Assembly: GCA_963667785.2 (NCBI GenBank)
Contig: CAXXMU010000001.1
Span: 32,001-96,000, forward strand
Direction: 5' to 3'
Length of the DNA: 64,000 nucleotides
Source: Alphaproteobacteria bacterium
GTDB taxonomy: Bacteria; Pseudomonadota; Alphaproteobacteria; UBA828
Position 1 is the stretch's first letter. The number at the start of each line of letters is the position of its first letter. This document shows positions 45,841-54,433 of this stretch, in pieces. The notes beneath the pieces are model-generated. The model was not told where the DNA came from. It saw nothing but the letters and a program-made list of their open reading frames with translations, and made no database searches. The position numbers and the translations under genes are program-made.

Positions 45841-45990
45841 CGTCCCCAATAGTGGGGAGAATCGGCGGGTTTTTGCCTCGTCTCGGGGCGATCGCGCGAG
45901 AGCCGGCGACCTCGGCGGCGCCCCTCGTCCGGCGCCCTCGCACACGCACGCGAGCGGTGATCTCGCCGCTTCTCCCCAATGTTGGGGATG
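45841..45990. promoter_or_regulatory. Pair of 27-bp inverted repeats, each with a CCCCAA-N2-(G/T)TGGGG palindromic core
   Basis: 45841-45867 matches the reverse complement of 45964-45990 at 23/27; lies between the divergent adhesin and LuxR genes. Confidence 0.65.
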
Positions 45991-46160
45991 CATGCGTCCG
46001 TGATATTTATGTGTGTTATATGAGATATCGGCATCACGTTCATAACGTATTAGCATGTCGGCATGCGATGGAGCGGAACGCATCTGCGGCACCGGAGGGC
46101 GTGTGCCACCGGGACCGGACATGATCGGCCCACCGGGCGTGCGTGCGCGAAGGCGCGGTC

Positions 46161-47318
46161 ATGAGCGGGCGCGATTCGTTCGGGCACATCCTGGCCTCGC
46201 TGCACGACGCGGCGCTCGATCCCGCCCGCTGGTCGGGCGCGTCCGCGCTGATCGACGAGGCCCTCCACACCCATGGCAGCAGCATGGTGTTCGGAGACTG
46301 GGTCTCCGAAGAGGACATTCGGATCGGCTTCGCGTGGTACTTCTTCCGGGGGGAGCCGCGCCGGGATCTTTGCCGCGAGTACTTCCAGGTCTATTACCCG
46401 CTCGACGAACGGGTCCCGCGCGTGCGGCATGCCCCCGACAGCCGGCTGTTCCACGTCCCCGAGCTCTTCACTGAGGAGGAGCTGAAGACCTCTCCGGCGT
46501 ACAACCAGATGCTGGTCGCCACCCACGCCGGGAACGGGATCATCGTGCGCCTGGACGGGCCGGACGGCTCGCACATCGTCTGGGCCATCAACGATCCGGT
46601 GAACGGGGACGGCTGGTCGTCTGTGCAACTGGGCACGATCCGCCGGCTCCTGCCGCATATCCGCCAGACCGTGCGCGTCCAGCAGGCGCTGACCGGCACC
46701 GGCGCCCTGGGAGCGACGCTGACGGAGATGCTCGACCACTCCGGGATGGGGGTCATCCAGCTCGATCTGCGCGGGCGAATCGCGGCGGTGAACGACCGCG
46801 CGCAGGCCGTTCTGCGCTCGGGCGACGGCCTGTTCGACGAGGGCGGCTCGCTCTTCGCGCGCATGCCGGAGGAGGACGCCCGCCTCCAGGCGCTGCTGGC
46901 GCGCGCGCTGCCACCGTTCGGGGTGCCGGGCGCCGGGGGCTCGACGACGCTGAGTCGCCTGGGCGGCCCGCCGCCGCTGGTGCTGCACGTCCACCCGGTG
47001 GGCCCGCAGGAAGCGGATTTCCAGTCCTGGTCCGTGGCGGCGCTGGTGCTGGTCGTCGACCCGGCCAACGGGACCGCGATCGATCCGGAAGCGGCTGCCG
47101 GAGCCCTCGGCCTCACGCAGGCGGAGGGGCGCGTGGCGGTGCTTCTGGCCCAGGGCATGAGTGTGCACCAGATCGCCGCAGCGACGGGCCGCAAGGAGAG
47201 CACGATCCGCTCGCACGTGAAGAACATGTTCGCCAAGCACGGGTTCTCGCGGCAGGCGGAGCTGGTGCGGCTGGTGCAGTCCGTGGCGGTGGCTCCGCAG
47301 GCCGGGCCGCGCGGTTGA
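46161..47318 (+). CDS. LuxR-type HTH transcriptional regulator with N-terminal GAF/PAS-like sensor region
   Basis: C-terminal GLTQAEGRVAVLLAQG...STIRSHVKNMFAKHG.SRQAELV; central PAS-like GVIQLDLRGRIAAVN. Confidence 0.88.
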   Translation: MSGRDSFGHILASLHDAALDPARWSGASALIDEALHTHGSSMVFGDWVSEEDIRIGFAWYFFRGEPRRDLCREYFQVYYPLDERVPRVRHAPDSRLFHVPELFTEEELKTSPAYNQMLVATHAGNGIIVRLDGPDGSHIVWAINDPVNGDGWSSVQLGTIRRLLPHIRQTVRVQQALTGTGALGATLTEMLDHSGMGVIQLDLRGRIAAVNDRAQAVLRSGDGLFDEGGSLFARMPEEDARLQALLARALPPFGVPGAGGSTTLSRLGGPPPLVLHVHPVGPQEADFQSWSVAALVLVVDPANGTAIDPEAAAGALGLTQAEGRVAVLLAQGMSVHQIAAATGRKESTIRSHVKNMFAKHGFSRQAELVRLVQSVAVAPQAGPRG

Positions 47319-47485
47319 CGCAGGCCGCGGGCGACGCTGAACCGCAGCCGATCCCGCTTTGACGCCGTGCATCGGTGGGATACGCGCCGCCGGGGGCGGG
47401 CATGGTCTGTCGGCTGGCAATCGGATACCATGAGTCCCGCCAGTGGATTTTAAGGTAGGAAATTCGAATCACGGGGGCGGGAAAG

Positions 47486-49999
47486 ATGAAGAGCGCGCGA
47501 TGGGTATTGGCGGTCGTTTTTTCGTGTTTCCTGGGTCTGATCGGCGTCGATCTCGGGACGAACTCCGCCGCAGCCCAGGAGGGCTGCCCAGTGCCGGCCG
47601 GGGTCGCCGACAACCCTCTCTCGACCCCGTCCGTAACGGCTGCCGATAACGACCTGATGGGCTTTGCGCTCGCGGCAAGTCGATACCTGGCAAGTGTTCA
47701 GCCGGGACCGGAGCTTGCGTACAGCGCCTGTCTCTTCCGCAACGAGGAGAACTGGAACTCCGGCTCCACCTACGTCGTTACCATGTCTCCCAGAGGGAGG
47801 GTGTTCTTTCACGCGAACGATGGCGCACTGAGCGGCAGGCAGCTCAAGCCTGCCGTATGGGGAGCGATCGCGGCCGCGACCGGCGTGGCGGCTCTGCCTG
47901 CTACGGGGAATTTCGGGCGCCCGGACGGTGGCCGCCTGCCCCGAATCGGCGGCTACGCCGTCGGATACAAACGTACTATCAGCGGCAATCCGCTTATTCT
48001 GGTTGCCGGTCTCGACATTAACGAATCTCACCTTGCGGACGAGGACGTCGACCCTGGCGATCCTGAGGTGCGTGCCGACGAGGTGGTGGACCGTAGAACG
48101 CTCAAGGCGTTCGTGAAAGGGGCGGAGACGTATGTTCGCGGGCTTTACCAGCAGGACCGCCGCGAAGCGTTTACGAAAGCCAAGAGCGTCTTGCGGGATC
48201 CGAACGGACCATGGAAGCACGGCCCGATCTATCTCTTCATTATGGAGCCCTCAGGCTACACCATCTTTCACGGCGCTTTTCCGAACAGGTTCGAGTTCCA
48301 GAGGCCTACGGATACCTTGAGAGACGAGGTCACCGGGGAGCTCATTCTGCCGCAGATCATCGAGGTGGCGACCACTACCACCGACGGTGGTTTCGTTTCC
48401 TATTACTTCGACAACCCGGATGACGACAGCGACAGCGCGGACGTTCCCAAGGTAACGTATGCCCGCCAGCATGCGTTTGAGGCTACGAGGCCGGACGGAA
48501 GCACAGTCCGGTATCCGCTCATCTTCGGCGCTGGCATCTACGGCGATCCGGTACCGGCGGCGAGCGCGTCGGCTGCGAAGGGCTGGCTTGCGCGCTTCGG
48601 CCGTGTGGTGGCGAGCCAGGCGGTTGAGATGATCGGCCAGCGGATGACCGCGCCGTCTTCGGCCGCGTCGCAGATGATGCTGGCCGGCCACGACATGCAC
48701 CTCGATTCCGCCGATTCCTCCACGCTGGCGGGAAGCGGCCCGCTCGCGGGTGCTGGCGCCGTCGCCCCGGTCCGCTGGCAGGGCGCGGAGCCCTGGCCGG
48801 AGGAGGGCTCCCTTGCGGGCTCCCGCGCGGTGTCGCTCGGCGAGGTCCTGCTGAACAGCGCGTTCCGCCTGGCGCTGGCGGACGGCGACGGGGCGGGTGG
48901 TCGCTGGACGGCCTGGGGCCGGGGCGGGCTGGCGCAGTTCGGCAGCGATGACGACGTGTCTCTCGAGGGCGCCGTCACCACGGGCATGCTGGGGGTGGAC
49001 TACGAGAAGGGCCCGACGCTGACGGGTGTGGCGGTGTCGCACGCCCGGGGCGAGGGGAGCTTCGATCGTGGCGGCGACCGCAGCGAGATGGAGGCCACGC
49101 TGACGACGATACTCCCCCATCTCCGCCACACGGTGAGCGACGAGCTCTCGGTGTGGGGGATTCTCGGCTTCGGGAACGGGGAGATGCGGCTGGAGGAGAC
49201 GGCGGTCGCGAAGACCACGGATACCGGCATCGCGATGCGGATGGGGGCGCTGGGGGTTCGGGGGGCCCTGATGTCCGCGTCCGAGGCCGACGGTCTCGAC
49301 CTGGCGGTGAAGTCTGACCTGCTGCTGACGCAGATCGAAGCGGAGGAGAAGGACGGTCTGGAGGCGATAGACGCGGGAACGCGGCGTCTTCGGGCCCTGC
49401 TCGAGGGCTCGCGCGAGCGGGCGCTGGATGCGGGCGGCTCGCTGCGCCAGTCGGTGGAGGCGGGGCTGCGCCATGACGGGGGCGACGCGGAGCAGGGCCT
49501 CGGCCTCGAGCTCGGCGGGCGGATCGTCTACGCGCAGCCGGCATCGCGCATGACGTGGGAGGCGGGCGGCCGGACGCTGCTGGCGCACCAGGACGGCAGC
49601 GCCCGGGAATGGAGCCTGGACGGCGCGGTGCGCTTGGCGCCTGGCGCGCGGGGCGAGGGCCTCTCGTTCACGCTGAGCTCGGTCTGGGGCGGGGTATCGA
49701 GCGGCATGGAGCAGATGTGGGCGCAAGGCGCGGCAACGGACCTGGCACAGGGCGGCGCCGATACGAGGTCGGCGACGTTCGGCGCCGAGGTGGGCTACGG
49801 GCTCGCCGTGGCGGGCGCGGAGCTGCTGACGCCCTACGGCGGCCTGGCGGTCTCCGACCGGGGCGCCGAGACCTGGCGTGTGGGCGGGCGTCTCGCCCTC
49901 GGGCCGTCCTTCGGCGTGAGCCTCGAAGGCGACCGCCGCGAGCGCCGCCACGGCAATCCCGACCACGGCCTCATGCTGCGCGGCGCCCTCCGCTGGTAG
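47486..49999 (+). CDS. Autotransporter-like outer-membrane protein with Cache-like passenger
   Basis: Signal peptide; sCache_2-like segment (DPNGPWKHGPIYLFIM...IFHG...GGFVSYYFDNP...KVTYAR); WLARFGR linker; barrel ending LRGALRW. Confidence 0.75.
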   Translation: MKSARWVLAVVFSCFLGLIGVDLGTNSAAAQEGCPVPAGVADNPLSTPSVTAADNDLMGFALAASRYLASVQPGPELAYSACLFRNEENWNSGSTYVVTMSPRGRVFFHANDGALSGRQLKPAVWGAIAAATGVAALPATGNFGRPDGGRLPRIGGYAVGYKRTISGNPLILVAGLDINESHLADEDVDPGDPEVRADEVVDRRTLKAFVKGAETYVRGLYQQDRREAFTKAKSVLRDPNGPWKHGPIYLFIMEPSGYTIFHGAFPNRFEFQRPTDTLRDEVTGELILPQIIEVATTTTDGGFVSYYFDNPDDDSDSADVPKVTYARQHAFEATRPDGSTVRYPLIFGAGIYGDPVPAASASAAKGWLARFGRVVASQAVEMIGQRMTAPSSAASQMMLAGHDMHLDSADSSTLAGSGPLAGAGAVAPVRWQGAEPWPEEGSLAGSRAVSLGEVLLNSAFRLALADGDGAGGRWTAWGRGGLAQFGSDDDVSLEGAVTTGMLGVDYEKGPTLTGVAVSHARGEGSFDRGGDRSEMEATLTTILPHLRHTVSDELSVWGILGFGNGEMRLEETAVAKTTDTGIAMRMGALGVRGALMSASEADGLDLAVKSDLLLTQIEAEEKDGLEAIDAGTRRLRALLEGSRERALDAGGSLRQSVEAGLRHDGGDAEQGLGLELGGRIVYAQPASRMTWEAGGRTLLAHQDGSAREWSLDGAVRLAPGARGEGLSFTLSSVWGGVSSGMEQMWAQGAATDLAQGGADTRSATFGAEVGYGLAVAGAELLTPYGGLAVSDRGAETWRVGGRLALGPSFGVSLEGDRRERRHGNPDHGLMLRGALRW

Positions 50000-50122
50000 G
50001 GCCGCGCCGGGACAAGGGCGGCGACGCAATCTTGCGCGTGACTGTAGCCGTCGGCGGCCAGCGGGTGCGCGAAAGCGCACTGCCGGCCATCTCGTAGCCC
50101 GGCGCCGCCGGTCCGCGCGCAA

Positions 50123-51385
50123 ATGTCATCCGGGCGCACCCGCTGGGACATCGTAGCGCTGGCGCTCGCGGCGGGCTACGTCGTGGGCCTGCAGGTCGGC
50201 AAGGTGCCGCCTTCGCTGCCGCTGCTGGAGGCGGAGCTCGGCCTGCCCCGTGTCATTGCCGGACTGATCGCGTCGTCGTTCTATGGCGTCGGCGCCCTGT
50301 TCGGCGTCGCGGGCGGGCTGCTGATCGACCGTCTGGGCGCCAGGCGGATGATCTTCGCAGGCGCCACGGTGATGGCGCTCGCGAGCCTCGCCGGCGGGTT
50401 CGCAGGGAACGGCACGCTGCTGCTCGCGACCCGCATTGTCGAGGGCTTCGGCTTCGTCACCTTCACGGTCGCCGCGCCCAAGCTGATCGCCGCCGCGACG
50501 ACCCCGAGAGTGCGCCGCTTCGCGCTCGGCGCCTGGGGCACCTACATGCCGATCGGCATGGCGCTCTCGCTGGTGATCGCGACCGCGCTGCTGGGCTCGA
50601 TCGGCTGGCGCGGCCTCTGGTTCCTGAACGCCGGGCTCATCCTGCTCTACCTGCTCGTCTTCGGCTGGCGGACGGCGCCGCGGCGCTGGCATCCGTTGGC
50701 GGGCGCCGGCGCAGCAGCCGACGATGCGGGCGGGCGGAGGGCGCGGCCACAGCCGGGACCCTGGCGGTTCGGCGCGGGCGCGCGTGCGACCCTGTCGCGG
50801 CCGGGACCCTGGCTGTTCGGCACGTGCTTCGTGCTGTTCTCGATCCAGTGGCTGGCGTTGATGACGTGGCTGCCGACCTTCCTGATCGAAACGCAGGGGC
50901 GCTCGCTCGCCGGCGCTGCGCTCTTCACCGCGCTGATCGTCGCTGTGACCGGGCTCGGCGCCGTCACCGGCGCGACGCTCATGCACCGCGGCGCCGCGCG
51001 CTGGCTGCTGATCGGCACCGCATTCACAGGCATGGGCGTCTGCGCGGCCGCGCTCTTCGCGCCCCTCACCCCCGACGCCGCCAAGATCCCGCTTGCGCTC
51101 CTCTTCACCCTGATAGGCGGTCTGCTGCCCGCGGCCTGCCTCGAAGGCGGTGCCGCGCACGCGCCCAGCCAGGATCAGGTCGCCATGGCGAGCGGCTTCG
51201 TGGCGCAGGGGGCCGCGATCGGCAGCGTGCTCGGCCCGCCTCTCCTGGCCGCCGTGACCGGGGCGGTGGGCGACTGGGAATCGGCGTGGTGGACCATGCT
51301 GGTCTGCCCCGGCATCGGTCTGGCGGCCGTCGTCGCCGTGCGCCGGGCGGATGCCCGTCTCGCGCAAAGGGCTTCCAGCGCGTAA
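50123..51385 (+). CDS. MFS transporter (CynX/NimT-like)
   Basis: Many hydrophobic helices, GLLIDRLGARR motif A, RIVEGFG, GKVPP. Confidence 0.88.
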   Translation: MSSGRTRWDIVALALAAGYVVGLQVGKVPPSLPLLEAELGLPRVIAGLIASSFYGVGALFGVAGGLLIDRLGARRMIFAGATVMALASLAGGFAGNGTLLLATRIVEGFGFVTFTVAAPKLIAAATTPRVRRFALGAWGTYMPIGMALSLVIATALLGSIGWRGLWFLNAGLILLYLLVFGWRTAPRRWHPLAGAGAAADDAGGRRARPQPGPWRFGAGARATLSRPGPWLFGTCFVLFSIQWLALMTWLPTFLIETQGRSLAGAALFTALIVAVTGLGAVTGATLMHRGAARWLLIGTAFTGMGVCAAALFAPLTPDAAKIPLALLFTLIGGLLPAACLEGGAAHAPSQDQVAMASGFVAQGAAIGSVLGPPLLAAVTGAVGDWESAWWTMLVCPGIGLAAVVAVRRADARLAQRASSA

Positions 51386-51413
51386 CCGACCGGACTCTTT
51401 ATCGCTCACGGCA

Positions 51414-51531
51414 GCCGGCCGTCCCGCGATTCCGCGCGCCTGCCGGCCGTCATTCGATACCGCGCGCCTGCCGGCCGTCATTCGATACCGCGCGCCTGCC
51501 GGCCGTCATTCGATACCGCGCGCCTGCCGGC
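51414..51531. repeat. Tandem repeat, 4 x 28 bp (GCCGGCCGTCATTCGATACCGCGCGCCT)
   Basis: One degenerate copy 51414-51441, three identical copies 51442-51525, a 6-bp partial copy; no spacers. Confidence 0.92.
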
Positions 51532-51645
51532 GCGACGGCCGGCGCCTCCGCGTCGCGCGTCCACGCGCGCGGGCGCGCGATGGCGCCGCATAAGCGGCGG
51601 GCCGCAGTCGCGACCTGTCGCGTATCCGTCAGAGACGGATTCGCA

Positions 51646-53517
51646 CTAAGCCGTCCCGGCTCGTTCGAGCGCCTCGGCCGCGGCGAGCCAATCGCCCTCG
51701 GCGGCCTCCTCGGCCCGTTTCGCGTCCGCGAGCTCCTTGCTGAGGGCGGCGATCCGTGCGCCGTCGTTCTTCCGGGCGGCAGACGCGAGTGCTGCCTCGA
51801 GGCCTTGCTGCGTCTCCCGCGCCCCGGCGATCCGCTTCTCGGCCGCGGCCACGGCATCCTTGAGGGGCTTCTGCCTGGCGCGCGCCGCCGCCGCCGCTTG
51901 CCGCTCCGCCTTGCGGGAGGGGGTCGAGCGGGTGCCGCCCTCGGCCCGGCGCGCAACGACGCTGCCGAGGATCTCGGCGCGATAGGCGGCGAGATCGCCG
52001 TCGTAAGCGCGCACGGTGCCCTCCTGCACCAGCCACAGGCGATCGGCCACGAGCTGGACGAGATGCATGTCGTGCGTGATCAGGACGACCGCGCCGTCAT
52101 AGACGTCGAGTGCCTCGACCAGCGCGCGCCGGCTCGGGATGTCGAGATGGTTGGTGGGCTCGTCGAGCACCAGGAGCTGGGGCGCGCGGCCCGAGATGAG
52201 CGCGAGGTTGAGCCGCGCCTTCTCCCCGCCGGAAAGCGCGGCGACCGGCACGTCCGCCCTCTCGCCGCCGAAGCCGAAGGCGCCCAGCCGGGCACGGACG
52301 CGATCGGGCGCGGCGTCGGGCATGAGGCGCGCGAGATGGCTGAACGCCGTGCCCTCCGGCGCCAGCGTGTCGATCTGGTGCTGCGCGAAATAGCCGACCG
52401 CCAGCCTGGTTGCCCGCGTCACGCTGCCGCGTTCCGGCGGCAGCACGTCAGCCAGCAGCTTGGCGAAGGTGGACTTGCCGTTGCCGTTCGCCCCGAGAAG
52501 CGCGATCCGGTCGCCCGGATCGAGCCGCAGGCTGATGCCGCGCAGCACGGGCCGCCCCGGCTCGTAGCCGACGGCGACGTCCGCGAGGCTGATCAGGGGC
52601 GGCGCGAGCGCAGCCGGCTCGGGGAAGGTGAGCGCGGCCGTCCGCTCATCGGCCGCAACCGGCAGGTCGGCCAGCCTGGCCAGCGCCTTGATGCGGCTCT
52701 GCGCCTGACGGGCCTTGCTCGCGTTGTAGCGGAAGCGGTCGACGAAGCCCTGGAGCTCGCGCCGTTTCGCATCGATGCGCGCCTGGCGCGCGCGGGCGGC
52801 GGCGACGCTCTCGGCGTGGGTCTTGGCGAAGCGCGTGTAGTTGCCGGGGTAGGAGGTGAGGCCCCCGCCCGCCATGTGGAGGATGCCGTCCGGCACCGCA
52901 TCGAGCAGGGTGCGGTCATGGCTCACCACGACGAGCGCGCGGGGATAGCGCTTCAGATGGTTCTCCAGCCATGCGGCGGCCTCGAGATCGAGGTGGTTCG
53001 TCGGCTCGTCGAGCAGCAGCAGGTCGGGCTCGACGAAGAGCGCGGCGGCCAGCGCCACCCGCATGCGCCAGCCGCCGGAGAGGGACGCGAGCGGCGCCTG
53101 CTGCATCGCCTCCCCGATGCCTAGGCCGGCAAGCAGGCGAGCGGCCCGCGCGGGCGCCGCGTGTGCGCCGATCTCCGCGAGCCGGGCCTCGATCTCGGCA
53201 CGCCGCGCGCCGTGGGCGCTGTCCGCCTCGGCGATCAGGGCCGCGCGTTCCTCATGCGCCGCGAGCACGACAGCGCGCGGCGTCTCCGGGCCGCCCGGCA
53301 CCTCCTGATCGACCAGCCGGACCGATGCGCCGCGGGCGCGGACGATGGCGCCGTCATCGGGCTCGAGCCGGCCGGCGACGAGGCGCAGCAGGGTCGTCTT
53401 GCCGCAGCCGTTGCGGCCGACCAGTCCGAGCCTGCGGCGGGCGCCGATCTGCGCGGTCACGCCCTCGAAGAGGAGGCGGCCTTCGACACGGTAGGCGACG
53501 TTCTGAAGGGTCAGCAT
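51646..53517 (-). CDS. ABC-F family ATP-binding protein (YheS-like)
   Basis: Two ABC cassettes (GRNGCGKTT/LSGGWRMR/LLDEPTNHLD; GANGNGKST/LSGGEKAR), no TM domain. Confidence 0.92.
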   Translation of the reverse strand: MLTLQNVAYRVEGRLLFEGVTAQIGARRRLGLVGRNGCGKTTLLRLVAGRLEPDDGAIVRARGASVRLVDQEVPGGPETPRAVVLAAHEERAALIAEADSAHGARRAEIEARLAEIGAHAAPARAARLLAGLGIGEAMQQAPLASLSGGWRMRVALAAALFVEPDLLLLDEPTNHLDLEAAAWLENHLKRYPRALVVVSHDRTLLDAVPDGILHMAGGGLTSYPGNYTRFAKTHAESVAAARARQARIDAKRRELQGFVDRFRYNASKARQAQSRIKALARLADLPVAADERTAALTFPEPAALAPPLISLADVAVGYEPGRPVLRGISLRLDPGDRIALLGANGNGKSTFAKLLADVLPPERGSVTRATRLAVGYFAQHQIDTLAPEGTAFSHLARLMPDAAPDRVRARLGAFGFGGERADVPVAALSGGEKARLNLALISGRAPQLLVLDEPTNHLDIPSRRALVEALDVYDGAVVLITHDMHLVQLVADRLWLVQEGTVRAYDGDLAAYRAEILGSVVARRAEGGTRSTPSRKAERQAAAAARARQKPLKDAVAAAEKRIAGARETQQGLEAALASAARKNDGARIAALSKELADAKRAEEAAEGDWLAAAEALERAGTA

Positions 53518-53625
53518 GGACGTGCGGATATCTGCGTCGTCCGGGCCCGCGACGCAAGGGCGGGCGGCGTCGCGTCCGGCGATATGCGACAATGACCGTC
53601 GACGCAGGGACAGGGGGAGCGCCGC

Positions 53626-53958
53626 ATGCTGATCGTCGCCGTCGTCTTCGAGTTCGTGCCCGGCGGATTCGAGCGCATCAAGGCGGAGGTTCTCGATGCG
53701 ATCGAGAACTCACGCAAGGAGCCGGGCGCTCAAATCTACGACTGGGCCATCGACGTCACCGCGCCCAACCGGGCCATCATCTTCGAGGTGTGGGACGATC
53801 AGGCCGCGCTCGATGCGCACTTCACCCACTCCTACATGGATACCCTCGTCGCGGCGCTGGGCGCGGCCAACATTCGCGGCGACATCACCCATTACTCGGC
53901 GGAGATCTACGACGTGAGCGGCAAGCGCGACATGGGCTTCCGCCTGCCGACCGCGTAA
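53626..53958 (+). CDS. ABM / putative quinol monooxygenase family protein
   Basis: SRKEPG...Y, IFEVWDDQAALDAHF. Confidence 0.85.
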   Translation: MLIVAVVFEFVPGGFERIKAEVLDAIENSRKEPGAQIYDWAIDVTAPNRAIIFEVWDDQAALDAHFTHSYMDTLVAALGAANIRGDITHYSAEIYDVSGKRDMGFRLPTA

Positions 53959-53980
53959 ATCGGGCGGAAGGACGATCGCC

Positions 53981-54394
53981 GTGGACGCGGGTCCCCTCAC
54001 GCCCCCCTTCGACGAGAGCGCCGCCCGCGCCGTCGTCCAGGCCTTCGAGGACGCCTGGAACCGCAGGGTCGCCGAGGAGATCCCCGGAACCTGCACGGCG
54101 GACACGCGCTGGCGCTATCGCGATGCGTTCGTCGAGGGGCGGGACAGTATCGTGCCGTTCCTGCGCGCGCGCTGGCCGATACAGGAGCACTACCGGCTGA
54201 GGAAGGAGCTCTGGAGCTTCACCGCCAACCGCATCTCGGTGCGCTTCGTCAGCGAGTGGCGTCACCGCGACAGCGGCCAGTGGTACCGGACCTTCGGCAA
54301 CGAGCACTGGGAGTTCGCGGCGGACGGCCTGCAGAGCGTGCTCGATCTCTCGGCCAACGACGTGCCCATCGACGAGGCCGAACGGAGCCTCTGA
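53981..54394 (+). CDS. DUF1348 / SnoaL-like (NTF2 fold) protein
   Basis: PPFD...A...VQAFEDAWN, YRLRKELW, WYRTFGNEHWEF. Confidence 0.88.
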   Translation: MDAGPLTPPFDESAARAVVQAFEDAWNRRVAEEIPGTCTADTRWRYRDAFVEGRDSIVPFLRARWPIQEHYRLRKELWSFTANRISVRFVSEWRHRDSGQWYRTFGNEHWEFAADGLQSVLDLSANDVPIDEAERSL

Positions 54395-54397
54395 GCC

Positions 54398-54433
54398 TCA
54401 CCAGCCGAGCGCGCGGCTCATGCGCCGGGGGTC
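54398..54433 (-). repeat. Orphan copy of the last 12 codons of ggt (direct repeat of 56400-56435)
   Basis: 34/36 identical; both copies translate DPRRMSRALGW*. Confidence 0.9.

Noticed and set aside
40213-49999. Autotransporter locus as a mobile island or DGR target
   Set aside because: No integrase, transposase, reverse transcriptase, tRNA or convincing boundary repeats found
50065-50080. GTGCGC-GAAA-GCGCAC hairpin as a riboswitch or ncRNA before the MFS gene
   Set aside because: Single GNRA-capped stem with no recognisable aptamer consensus; more likely a terminator or stabiliser
51414-51531. 28-bp repeats as a CRISPR array
   Set aside because: Units are contiguous with no spacers, and no cas genes are in the window
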